Of a stretch of 64,000 bases of DNA, positions 44,610-53,622 are shown in pieces. Within the stretch, counting starts at the first letter, position 1. Each line of letters begins with the position of its first letter. Below the pieces are notes generated by a model. That model did not search any database, had not been told where the DNA came from, and was given only the letters and a program-made list of their open reading frames with translations. Origin of the DNA: an uncultured Pseudomonadota bacterium (GTDB taxonomy: Bacteria; Pseudomonadota; Alphaproteobacteria; RF32; CAG-239). The stretch spans positions 25,803 through 89,802 of the forward strand of contig CADCCF010000006.1 of the NCBI GenBank assembly GCA_902799835.1, given 5' to 3'. The position numbers and the translations under genes are program-made.

Positions 44610-47045
44610 ATGACGATAACAAAATTGAAACCGAGTCAACTTTACAAAAAATGTGATCCGCAGAAATTTTCGTTTGCCTCAACGGCAGAGTTGGAAGAGA
44701 GATTGTCATCATTGGGACAAGACAGAGCTTTGGCTGCGGTTGAGCTTGGGGTTAACATTAAATCTAAAGGTTATAACCTTTTTTGCCTTGGGCCTGAGGG
44801 AACCGGCAAAAGCTCGTTGGTAAAAAGGGTTTTAGCTCAAGAAGCCAAAAATCGCAAGACTCCGGATGACTGGGCCTATGTTTATAATTTTGAAGAGCCA
44901 TATAAACCTATTGCAGTTTCTTTTCCGGCCGGAACAGCGGTGGATTTTGCTAAAGATATTGATAAATTGATTGAGAGTTTATCTGCTTCGATTTCGGCAA
45001 TTTTTGAAAGTGATGAGTATAATGCCGGTGTTAATATTATTAAGGAAAAGTTCAAGCAGTCTAAAGAAAAATATATAAAAATGCTACAAAAAAAGGCAAA
45101 GGGCAAGAGTGTTTCGCTTTTGCATATGCCGGTTGGATTGGTGGTTGCTCCGGTTAAAAATGGTGAGGTATTGAGTCCGGAGGCTTTTGATAGTCTGCCC
45201 GAGGAAGAAAAAAAGCAACTGATTGAAGATTTGAACCAAATGCAGGCAGAGATTGAGAATTCTGCACAGGATTTGCCGGCTTGGGAAGATAAACAGCGCG
45301 ATGAGATTAATAATTTGCGCACCAAGTTTTTGAAAGAAACGGTAAAAGGCCCGATTGATGAGTTACATGAAAAGTATAAGGGACACAAACAGGCAAATGA
45401 TTTCTTAAAACAGATACAAAAATATATTTTGGATAATGGTGATGAGTTTTTACCGGCAGTGGAAAATAATACGCCTGCTGAAGGAGAAGATCCTTTGACA
45501 GCATTGTTGTCAAAAATGAAACAGCCGGAAGAAGATAAATATGCCAAATTTAAGGTCAATGTTATAGTTAAAAATGAACCGGATTCCGGAGCGCCGATTA
45601 TACATTTGGATCATCCGACGCAAGGAAATTTGGTGGGTAAAGTTGAAAGAATCCAACAATATGGTGCGTTGTTGACAGACTTTACATTGATTAAGGCCGG
45701 TGCTTTGCATAAGGCTAATGGCGGGTTTTTGCTAGTTGATGCGCGCAAATTGTTGTTGCAACCTTTTGCGTGGGATTCGCTAAAGAGAGCTATAGCTTCT
45801 AAGCAAATTAAAATTGAAGCCCCCAGTGAAGAGACATCGTTTACGACTATTTCCTTGGATCCTCAGCCAATACCTTTGGATGTGAAAGTTATTTTGACCG
45901 GTGATGCTGAATTGTACGAATTGTTAAGTGATCGCGATCCGGAATTTTTGGACTTTTTTAAGGTTGAAGCTGATTTTGATATTTTGATGGATCGCACAAA
46001 AGAAAATGAAGTTGAGTATGCTAAGTTAATCGGTTCATTGTCTCAAAAGAAGCGACTGCGCTCCTTGAACAAGCAAGCAGTTGCCAAAGTTATTGAATAT
46101 GCCTCACGTATGGCGGAAAGTTCGGAAAAGTTGACCGCACATGTGGCTTCGATTGGCGATTTGTTGCGCGAGGCTGATTATTGGGCTCGTAAATCAAAAT
46201 CAAATCATATTGGTAAAAATCATATTGATCAGGCGATAAATGCTAAATTGTATCGCAATGGTCGCATCAAGGAGATGATGTTAGAGCAGATTGATAAGGG
46301 GACAATTCTGATTGATATAAAGGGAGCCAAGGTCGGACAAATTAATGGTCTGGTCGTTTATAATTTCTCGCGTTTCAGTTTTGGAAAACCGGCAAGAATC
46401 ACGGCTCAGGTTCGTATCGGTAAGGGCGAATTTGTTAATATTGAGCGCGAAGTAGAAATGAGCGGCCCGATACATTCTAAAGGCGTGCTGATTTTAGAGA
46501 GTTTGTTGGCAAATAGATTTGCCAAGTTCTGTCCTTTGTCATTGAATGCAGCGATTGTTTTTGAACAATCATATGGTGGAGTTGACGGAGATAGCGCTTC
46601 TTCAACAGAATACTATTGTTTGGTTTCAGCGATTACGGGAATTCCAATTAAGCAAAATATTGCCGTTACCGGTTCTATTAATCAATTTGGTGAAATTCAA
46701 CCGATTGGTGGCGTAAATGAAAAAATAGAAGGTTTCTTTGATGTTTGCGAACATCAGGGGCTGGACGGTACACACGGAGTTATTATTCCGCGAACCAATG
46801 TGGCAGATTTAATGCTGCGCGAAGATGTAGTACAAGCTGTCGAGGACGGAAAGTTCAATGTTTATGCTGTTGATACGGTTGATGACGGTATAGAGATTTT
46901 GACAGGAATTAAGGCTGGAGCTATGAACAAACATGGAGTATATCCAAAGAAATCTGTCAATTATGAAGTACAGCAAAGCTTAGAGCATTTTTACAAGTGT
47001 TATGCCAAGTATGCCCGTGAAACGAAAGGTTGTTTGGGAAAATAG
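44610..47045 (+). CDS. Lon-like protease (AAA-type module with a large helical insertion plus an S16 Lon proteolytic domain; LonB/LonC-like)
   Basis: Has Walker A GPEGTGKS, a coiled insertion of about 200 aa, GGFLLVDARK in the Walker B position, and the protease block GGVDGDSASSTEY. I prefer the start at 44610 (MTITKLKP), which is preceded by AGGGG. Confidence 0.85.
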   Translation: MTITKLKPSQLYKKCDPQKFSFASTAELEERLSSLGQDRALAAVELGVNIKSKGYNLFCLGPEGTGKSSLVKRVLAQEAKNRKTPDDWAYVYNFEEPYKPIAVSFPAGTAVDFAKDIDKLIESLSASISAIFESDEYNAGVNIIKEKFKQSKEKYIKMLQKKAKGKSVSLLHMPVGLVVAPVKNGEVLSPEAFDSLPEEEKKQLIEDLNQMQAEIENSAQDLPAWEDKQRDEINNLRTKFLKETVKGPIDELHEKYKGHKQANDFLKQIQKYILDNGDEFLPAVENNTPAEGEDPLTALLSKMKQPEEDKYAKFKVNVIVKNEPDSGAPIIHLDHPTQGNLVGKVERIQQYGALLTDFTLIKAGALHKANGGFLLVDARKLLLQPFAWDSLKRAIASKQIKIEAPSEETSFTTISLDPQPIPLDVKVILTGDAELYELLSDRDPEFLDFFKVEADFDILMDRTKENEVEYAKLIGSLSQKKRLRSLNKQAVAKVIEYASRMAESSEKLTAHVASIGDLLREADYWARKSKSNHIGKNHIDQAINAKLYRNGRIKEMMLEQIDKGTILIDIKGAKVGQINGLVVYNFSRFSFGKPARITAQVRIGKGEFVNIEREVEMSGPIHSKGVLILESLLANRFAKFCPLSLNAAIVFEQSYGGVDGDSASSTEYYCLVSAITGIPIKQNIAVTGSINQFGEIQPIGGVNEKIEGFFDVCEHQGLDGTHGVIIPRTNVADLMLREDVVQAVEDGKFNVYAVDTVDDGIEILTGIKAGAMNKHGVYPKKSVNYEVQQSLEHFYKCYAKYARETKGCLGK

Positions 47046-47148
47046 TGCTAATCGCTTAAATTTTCAGGGGAAACAACGCCATTTTACTTGAAAAAATTAT
47101 TTGGTTGGTATATCTTGGATAAAATTTGCAAACAAGAGGAGTTCGCCA

Positions 47149-47583
47149 ATGGAAAATGTAGTAGTATTGCCACCGGATTATAAACCTTCTAAAAAAGAAG
47201 AGTATATGAATGAATTGCAACTTGAGTATTTCCGCCAAAAGTTGGTCAACTGGAAAAAATCGTTAATTGATCAGTCGATGGATACTTTGGATGAGTTGAA
47301 GCAAGGTGGGTTGAATCAACCCGATGAAATTGACAGGGCATCGTTGGAAACAGATAAGGCTTTGGAACTTAGAACCAGAGACAGAATTCGCAAGTTGATT
47401 TCAAAGATTGATGATGCTTTGCGTAGAATTGAAGATGGGACATACGGCTATTGTGAAGAAACAGGCGAGCCGATTGGGGTTGACAGATTGGAGGCAAGGC
47501 CGGTTACAACATTGTCTATTGAAGCTCAGGAGCGTCATGAGAGAATGGAAAAAACTTATGATGACGATGCTTTCGTAAGTTAG
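47149..47583 (+). CDS. dksA: DksA-family RNA polymerase-binding transcription factor
   Basis: Has the coiled-coil tip DEIDRAS. The C-terminal YGYCEETGEPIGVDRLEARPVTTLSIEAQE retains only one of the four zinc-finger Cys. The RBS AAGAGGAG lies upstream of the ATG at 47149. Confidence 0.9.
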   Translation: MENVVVLPPDYKPSKKEEYMNELQLEYFRQKLVNWKKSLIDQSMDTLDELKQGGLNQPDEIDRASLETDKALELRTRDRIRKLISKIDDALRRIEDGTYGYCEETGEPIGVDRLEARPVTTLSIEAQERHERMEKTYDDDAFVS

Positions 47584-47590
47584 TTGATTA

Positions 47591-47620
47591 GGGGTGGTAA
47601 ATGTTATCAGCCCCTTTTTT
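47591..47620 (+). terminator. Rho-independent terminator after dksA
   Basis: GGGGTGGTAA-atg-TTATCAGCCCC forms a 10-bp stem with one bulge, followed by TTTTTT. Confidence 0.7.
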
Positions 47621-47640
47621 ATTTTAAATGTGGAAACATA

Positions 47641-48210
47641 ATGATAAAAGATTTTATTTTGGCTTCACAATCGCCGCAGCGCAAGGCTTTGTTGAATCAG
47701 ATAGGATTTGAGCCTGTAAAAATTGTACCGGCTGACATTGATGAAACTCCTTATGATAAAGAAAAGCCCAGTCAATATGTAAAGCGCATGGCAAAAGAGA
47801 AAGCTTTGTGTGTGGCAGTTAAGAATCCTAATCAGGTTATTTTAGCGTCGGATACAATTATTGTAGTCGGGGCTCATATAATACAAAAAGCTAAGTCGGA
47901 TGACGAACAGCGCAAAGTTATGGAAATGTTGTCAGGAAAAACTCACAAAGTTTTGACTGGAGTTTGTGTCGTCGGTAAAGAAGGTAAGTTGGCTTTGCGA
48001 TTAAATGTAAACAAAATAAAAATGAAAAGGTTATCAAAAGAAGAAATAGAAGATTATGTTGCTTCAAAAGAATGGTGTGGTTGTGCCGGATATCGTATAG
48101 AGGGGTTAATGGGCGGTTTTGTGGAGCAACTTATCGGCTCATATAGCGGTGTGGTTGGTTTGCCGCTTTATGAGGCACGCAATTTGTTAATAGGGGCAGG
48201 GGTGAAATAG
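47641..48210 (+). CDS. maf: Maf-like nucleoside triphosphate pyrophosphatase
   Basis: Carries ILASQSPQRKALLNQIGF, ILASDTIIV and GAGYRIEG. I place the start at ATG 47641, after the terminator. Confidence 0.9.
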   Translation: MIKDFILASQSPQRKALLNQIGFEPVKIVPADIDETPYDKEKPSQYVKRMAKEKALCVAVKNPNQVILASDTIIVVGAHIIQKAKSDDEQRKVMEMLSGKTHKVLTGVCVVGKEGKLALRLNVNKIKMKRLSKEEIEDYVASKEWCGCAGYRIEGLMGGFVEQLIGSYSGVVGLPLYEARNLLIGAGVK

Positions 48211-48211
48211 A

Positions 48212-49366
48212 ATGCTTGATGTTATAGTAGCAGAAGAACATGAGAATATTAAGATGGTGGCCGGTTTAAACAAGGGACGGTTGTTGGAGTTGGTTGTCCA
48301 TGATGCAGCAAAAGCCAATGAAGGTGATGTTTATTTGGGTAAGATAGTTAAAAAAATAAGCACAGCTAATGGAAAAAACAGCTACTTTGTTAACATTGGT
48401 AAAAGGGACGTTTTTATTAATGCCCATGAAAATGAGTTGGAAGATTTGGATGCTCATGAAGGGCAGGATATAGTTTTACAAATTGCTCAAGAAGCTCGAG
48501 CTGAAAAAAATGCCAGGGGGTTGCGTTTTTTGCAATTAGCCGGCGATAATATAGTCTTTTGTCCTTATGGTAATGGTGTTAATATATCAAGCAAAATCGA
48601 AAATGAAGAGCTACGAAATAATTTAAGTGAGTTAGTTAGCAAAAATTTGTCGGAAGATGACGGAGGATGGATTGTACGTACACACGCGGCAGAAGTTGCC
48701 GGTGATGAAATAATATCTGAAATGAGTGAATTGCGTCAAGTGTTTGCTGATATTATGGTAAAGGCAAAAGCCGGCAAATCACCGGAGTGTTTGTATTCTA
48801 GAGATAACAGTTTGTCTGATATGATAAGTCGCAATATGTCGACGCTATGCAAGATTGTTGTTAATAACCATAATGTTGAGAATGAATTTGCGGATACGGG
48901 AATTGTTGAGTATAATGCAGATGCTTTTAGCGAATATGGGATTGATGAACAGATAGGTGATGCACTGCAAAAAGAGGTAAAGCTGAAATGTGGTGGTCGC
49001 ATCTTTATTGAAGAAACCAAAGCGTTAACGGCAATTGATGTTGATAGCGGAGGATGTTCCGGACAAGGGGGAATCAATAGGCTAAATAACGAGGCGGCTG
49101 AAGAAATTGCCAAACAGATTATTTTACGCAATTTGTCAGGAAAAATAGTTATTGATTTTGCAGGATTTACAGAATTCAAATTCTTAAAAGATGCTTTGGA
49201 TATTTTGGAACAGGGATTGCAGGATGATGTGGCAAAATCACGAGTTTTGGGCGTAACTAAGGCCGGTAATGTCGAAATATTGCGAAGCCGTCGCAGACCA
49301 TCACTAAGCGATATATTTATGAAAGAATGTGAAGTTTGTCAGGGAACGGGAAGAGTTGAAAAATGA
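48212..49366 (+). CDS. Short Rne/Rng-family ribonuclease
   Basis: Has an S1-like [13 protein letters not shown]...YFVNIG, plus [10 protein letters not shown] and [28 protein letters not shown]. It shows maf-rng-yacG synteny. Confidence 0.85.
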   Translation: MLDVIVAEEHENIKMVAGLNKGRLLELVVHDAAKANEGDVYLGKIVKKISTANGKNSYFVNIGKRDVFINAHENELEDLDAHEGQDIVLQIAQEARAEKNARGLRFLQLAGDNIVFCPYGNGVNISSKIENEELRNNLSELVSKNLSEDDGGWIVRTHAAEVAGDEIISEMSELRQVFADIMVKAKAGKSPECLYSRDNSLSDMISRNMSTLCKIVVNNHNVENEFADTGIVEYNADAFSEYGIDEQIGDALQKEVKLKCGGRIFIEETKALTAIDVDSGGCSGQGGINRLNNEAAEEIAKQIILRNLSGKIVIDFAGFTEFKFLKDALDILEQGLQDDVAKSRVLGVTKAGNVEILRSRRRPSLSDIFMKECEVCQGTGRVEK

Positions 49367-49557
49367 AATGTCCCATTTGCAAAAAAGAAATTGAAGATAT
49401 GAAATATCGCCCCTTTTGTTCTAAAAGATGTGCTGATATTGATTTGGGTAACTGGTTTAACGAGAAGTATTCTTTCGTTGCACAAGAGGTTGACGAAGAA
49501 GATTTGGCGCAATTAGCCAATCTTGCAGAGAACGAAAAAGAAGAACAAGATTCGTAG
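49363..49557 (+). CDS. yacG: DNA gyrase inhibitor YacG (zinc ribbon)
   Basis: Carries [30 protein letters not shown] and an acidic tail. Confidence 0.9.
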   Translation: MKCPICKKEIEDMKYRPFCSKRCADIDLGNWFNEKYSFVAQEVDEEDLAQLANLAENEKEEQDS

Positions 49558-49561
49558 TTCT

Positions 49562-51814
49562 TTATTGCGCTTCGGCATTTTCAGCGTTATCTGCGGCAGT
49601 TTCATTATCGTTGTTTTCAAACTCGGCGTACTCGCTCTCGTCAGCATTGGGATCATAATCGATACCGAGTTTGGCCAACATATCGTCATTGATGTCATCG
49701 CGACGAGCCACAATCCAATCAGGAACATTCGGACAAGGAGGAATCTTGGCCAAAGCTTTCATCTTAGGATCAAGATACCAACGAGGAGCATCAGCCATAA
49801 TCGGGCGGTCGATAGAACCTTGCATCAAAACTACTTGTTTTAGCATGGGTAAACTCAAAAGCTGAGTGGCAGAAATCGCCGATACGCCTTGGAGTTGATA
49901 GCTTACGTTTTTAGCAAAAGGATTGTTTCCCTTAAACGAGATGCCTTCATTTTTGGAATAAGATGAGGTTTGAACAGTTTTGTTACCAATCATTTTAGAG
50001 AAACGCTGAGCAGTTTGCTCGTTGTTTTGTGATAAAATGACTTTGCAAGCTGTGGTAGAAATAACGGTTTCAAGGTCATCTTTTCCGTATTTACCGGAGA
50101 TTTGTCCTAAATCTTGTCCGATCAGAAGATATGATACTTTTTGACCACGTCCAACCGCCGGTCCGTCAATTACGGCTTTAAGTTTAGGCATAGTTGGAAA
50201 CTCGTCGAGCACAAACAAGGCTGAGTATGGTCCCATTTTGCCGTCGGTGGGATTGACAAAGTTAGGCGGATTGGCAATCAGATATGACGACATAAGGTCG
50301 ATAAAAATACCGGATATAACACTCAAGGCACGAGCATCAACTTGGTTAACTGACAAATATACTGAAATAGGTTTTACCTCTCCGGTAACCGGATCTTTCA
50401 TGCCGCGCAAATCCTTGAATGATAAGTCGGAAAAACTGGTGCGGGCAACCACAGCGGCGTTTTTGAAAATACCAATTCCGGCAAAAGCTGTTGACATAAC
50501 AGAACCACGCTCTTTATCAGGCATGGAGCTTAATTGGCTCAATTCTATGATGGAACGTTGCGAATAACCAAATTTACGAGCTTCTTCAATTGCTTCTTCC
50601 AACAGATCACGCATCGGATCAGCCATAGCTGCCATTTGGTCACCTTCGTCCATACGGCGTTTAATGTCTTGAGATTGTTTAATTTGCGCTTCAGTAATCC
50701 ATTCCAAAATCATGGCTATACAGGCCTCGTGGCCAATCCAACGTTCAGGAAGTAAAGCCCAAGTTCCAATCGGAACATAGTTGTCAATGGTCAGGGAATT
50801 AGTGCGCAAGTTTTGTAAGGCGCGAGCGGCTTGAGGGTCGTTCATTTCCATATAATAATCTTCCAACTTTTTCTTATCTTCTTCGTCAAGTTTGCCCTCA
50901 TAAATTTTACCGATAAAATAGTCATTAGCACGGGCTTTTTCGCACTTGCAGACGATAAAGTTAATAAAACCGGTTAAGGCGGCACGACCGGTGTTAGACC
51001 AGTGCGGATCAGCTCCGCCTTTGGGGTCTTCCACTAAAACTTTACACATGGAGTCAACATACATATCACGAGCCGGCCCCGGATCAGGAATAGCACCGGG
51101 TGATAGAGGATTCCAAGAAGGATAGTAAATTCCTTTTGAAGGATCATCTTCCATACCCCAGTTTATGATGAAAACGGGACCAACTTTGGCGCGCGCACCG
51201 GAAGTTGAAAAGCACAACTCAGGTTTGGGGTCATTAACAATGATACTAAGTTTCGGTGAATTAAAAATGGTCGGAATAACTACTCCGGCAGTTTTACCGG
51301 TACCAGGAGGCGCACAACACAAAGTGGAAAGCGTTTCTTTTAACATCAGTAATTTGCCGTTGAACTTGCCGACTACTTGGCAAAAACCATCGAATCCAAG
51401 TAAAGGCATTTTACGAATGTCTTTTTCCGTGGCAACACGTGCTGAGCCATGAACATTTGACTGAAATTTATAAGGATTCGTAATCATACCAGTAATTAAA
51501 CCTGCCGGAAGGGCAATAAATGGCAAAGTAGGTATCCACAAGCTCAAGGAAAAATTGCCATGATAGTAGAAAAGTTGTTTAGCCCAAATCCAGTAACGAT
51601 TGTAGAGAAAACCGCTGCGGTTGAATATAAGAGAAAAGAATTTTGAAATATCAGCAAAAGTTTCTTTGGAAATGCCATTACCAATCAAATAAGCTAAAGG
51701 TAATGCCGTAATGAACAATATTATGGTAATGACAACCGTTATAATCGTTGTTATACACATCCATTGAACGGCACTGTTGTATTCTTTCCATTCTTCACCC
51801 TTTTTGCTAGCCAT
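49562..51814 (-). CDS. VirD4/TraG-type type IV secretion coupling ATPase
   Basis: Has N-terminal TM helices and a Walker A context of CCAPPGTGKTAGVVIPTIFNSPKLSIIVNDPKPE. It also carries Walker B FVLDEFPTMPKL, plus GRGQKVSYLLIGQDLGQISGKYGKDDLETVISTTACKVILSQNN, and an acidic C-terminal tail. Confidence 0.85.
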   Translation of the reverse strand: MASKKGEEWKEYNSAVQWMCITTIITVVITIILFITALPLAYLIGNGISKETFADISKFFSLIFNRSGFLYNRYWIWAKQLFYYHGNFSLSLWIPTLPFIALPAGLITGMITNPYKFQSNVHGSARVATEKDIRKMPLLGFDGFCQVVGKFNGKLLMLKETLSTLCCAPPGTGKTAGVVIPTIFNSPKLSIIVNDPKPELCFSTSGARAKVGPVFIINWGMEDDPSKGIYYPSWNPLSPGAIPDPGPARDMYVDSMCKVLVEDPKGGADPHWSNTGRAALTGFINFIVCKCEKARANDYFIGKIYEGKLDEEDKKKLEDYYMEMNDPQAARALQNLRTNSLTIDNYVPIGTWALLPERWIGHEACIAMILEWITEAQIKQSQDIKRRMDEGDQMAAMADPMRDLLEEAIEEARKFGYSQRSIIELSQLSSMPDKERGSVMSTAFAGIGIFKNAAVVARTSFSDLSFKDLRGMKDPVTGEVKPISVYLSVNQVDARALSVISGIFIDLMSSYLIANPPNFVNPTDGKMGPYSALFVLDEFPTMPKLKAVIDGPAVGRGQKVSYLLIGQDLGQISGKYGKDDLETVISTTACKVILSQNNEQTAQRFSKMIGNKTVQTSSYSKNEGISFKGNNPFAKNVSYQLQGVSAISATQLLSLPMLKQVVLMQGSIDRPIMADAPRWYLDPKMKALAKIPPCPNVPDWIVARRDDINDDMLAKLGIDYDPNADESEYAEFENNDNETAADNAENAEAQ

Positions 51815-51832
51815 AACATTCCTCTTTCTATT

Positions 51833-53083
51833 TTATTCGTCGCTACGCAATAGTTTTTTTAATTTATCCAAAACGCCTTTGTCAATACCGCTGTCAGCAT
51901 CTTCTAGTTTCTTGGCAAAAAGAGGTATTTCTTTAGGCGTTCCACGATCAATACGAGTTACATTAATGTGTAAATCTTTCCATATCTCAAACATATCCTC
52001 AGCATTAATAATGTTGCCGATTTGCTCAATTACGTAAGGAATAATCTTAAATTTGAGATCGGCAGCAGCTAACTTTTCCGACAGAGCCGCTTGGGCGAGA
52101 GCTATTTTACGTACCGGAGAAATACGGTGAGAACTCTCAGAAAACCACAAAGGTTCCTCATCATTAAAACGTTCTTCATCAGCCAACCAGTCGCCGCTTT
52201 CTTTGTCATTGAGGCATAGACATAAGTGGTTTTTGGATATACCGACAAAGTCGATGAATACATCATTAAGAGTTACGCCGGAAATAATTTCATAACCTTT
52301 TTGTTTGAGCATTTCAAAGGTTGAGTTAGAATGATAGGTCTTATTCTTGGTGTCAGGAGCTGTAATATCAGCTCTTTTCTTTTTGGCGGAAGAAGTTGAT
52401 CTGTCATTTTTATGGTCACCTTCGGATTCCGATTGAGGAGTGGAAAGAGATAGAGAAGGTTTGGTTTCGGCCTTTTTGTCATCAAACAAATCAAAGTCAA
52501 AATTATCATCATCGCTAAGCTCAAACAGAGAGTGAGAAAATTCTTTGGAAGCCGGTTTGGCAGCAGGTCTAGCGGTGGTTGTTGATATAGGTTGAGGTTT
52601 ATAGGGAACTCCCATAAGCTGAGCACGTCGTTCAGGAGATAAATTGGGAGTGCTGGCAGCCATGCGGGCTTGCGGGGTTGTTGGACGTGTCTCTTTTGTG
52701 ATAGTTTTTTTCTTAATAACTTTAGTTTGAACGGAGGGAGCCATAAGTTTACGTAAAGGTAAAACAAATATTTTTCTCACTAGTTCAACTAGAAAATTCC
52801 AAATATTACTAAACAAATTTTCCCAGTTGATAATGCTCAAAGCAGCCCAAACAGTTGCCCAAGCAGGAATAGCCGTTAGAATAATAATGATAAAAGCCCA
52901 TTCTTTGGTTTCGTCAATAATCCAGCCTGAACGCCATAGATTCCATGCGTGAGTCCAGTGGGAGGTGCGAAAAATATCAAAATGCCAATTGGTTAAAAGA
53001 ATAACACGTATGCCTTCAATGAAAAGCACACTCCATATGATTCCAACTAAAGTTATTCTTAATAACACCAGAATAGGCCTCAA
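51833..53083 (-). CDS. Membrane protein with an N-terminal Trp-rich TM module, a Pro/Thr/Ser-rich linker and a C-terminal globular domain (possibly NERD/restriction-endonuclease-like)
   Basis: The N-terminus is paralogous to the 158-aa neighbour. The C-terminal pattern is GYEIISGVTLNDVFIDFVGISKNHLCLCLNDKESGDW...RISPVRKIALAQAAL. Confidence 0.55.
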   Translation of the reverse strand: MRPILVLLRITLVGIIWSVLFIEGIRVILLTNWHFDIFRTSHWTHAWNLWRSGWIIDETKEWAFIIIILTAIPAWATVWAALSIINWENLFSNIWNFLVELVRKIFVLPLRKLMAPSVQTKVIKKKTITKETRPTTPQARMAASTPNLSPERRAQLMGVPYKPQPISTTTARPAAKPASKEFSHSLFELSDDDNFDFDLFDDKKAETKPSLSLSTPQSESEGDHKNDRSTSSAKKKRADITAPDTKNKTYHSNSTFEMLKQKGYEIISGVTLNDVFIDFVGISKNHLCLCLNDKESGDWLADEERFNDEEPLWFSESSHRISPVRKIALAQAALSEKLAAADLKFKIIPYVIEQIGNIINAEDMFEIWKDLHINVTRIDRGTPKEIPLFAKKLEDADSGIDKGVLDKLKKLLRSDE

Positions 53084-53145
53084 ACCTCTTACTCCAACAA
53101 TTTTATTTCAGTATAACCGGAATTAGTTAACAAGAGCTTATTTTT

Positions 53146-53622
53146 TTATAAATCATTTGATATTTTTTCCTTAATGCTAGATCTGATACCTTGAGAGCTT
53201 TGCGCTTTTTTAGGCTTTAAGGATTCCAATTGTCCTCTTATTTCTTCAACCTTTTGTTCATTTGATTTGGTATAACGTATAGAAATTCTGTCAGTATTGC
53301 CGGATGAGCGGTTAAATAGGTTATATATAAACTTAAAGGGTGAGAATATAAGTTGTAAATATTTCGCCTTGAGGGCCCGACGCAAACCAATCAACCATAA
53401 AATGGGCAAGGCAAATAATCCCACAAACAAGAGAACATCAGAGGCTGATTTGATAATTCCGCCATTTTCCCAATATTGTTCCATGACACGCCAAGATGAC
53501 GATGACATAAAGTCAAAATTCCAAATCACAACAAACAATAAGTTGGTCAGGTAGATAAAGACATAAGTCCAACCAACTAATATGATTAAGCCGCGTAGCA
53601 AGCGAAAGATTTTTTTAATCAT
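53146..53622 (-). CDS. Small membrane protein sharing the Trp-rich TM module
   Basis: Carries W-x3-FI-x10-W-FD-x6-W-x6-W-x2-G-x-II, with spacing conserved relative to the 416-aa protein. Its start overlaps the upstream stop (ATGA). Confidence 0.5.
   Translation of the reverse strand: MIKKIFRLLRGLIILVGWTYVFIYLTNLLFVVIWNFDFMSSSSWRVMEQYWENGGIIKSASDVLLFVGLFALPILWLIGLRRALKAKYLQLIFSPFKFIYNLFNRSSGNTDRISIRYTKSNEQKVEEIRGQLESLKPKKAQSSQGIRSSIKEKISNDL

Noticed and set aside
44882-45559. A 225-aa ORF lies antisense to the Lon-like protease gene.
   Set aside because: It is a shadow ORF opposite the K/E-rich insertion region. Its Ser/Phe-rich, low-complexity product is characteristic of antisense reading of GAA/AAA-rich sequence.
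48736-49179. A 147-aa ORF lies antisense to the Rne/Rng ribonuclease gene.
   Set aside because: It is a shadow ORF within a motif-supported CDS.
52273-52767. A 164-aa same-strand alternative-frame ORF lies inside the 416-aa membrane protein gene.
   Set aside because: It lies within the low-complexity linker region of the longer ORF. The longer frame has the conserved N-terminal module and a globular C-terminal domain. There is no independent start signal.
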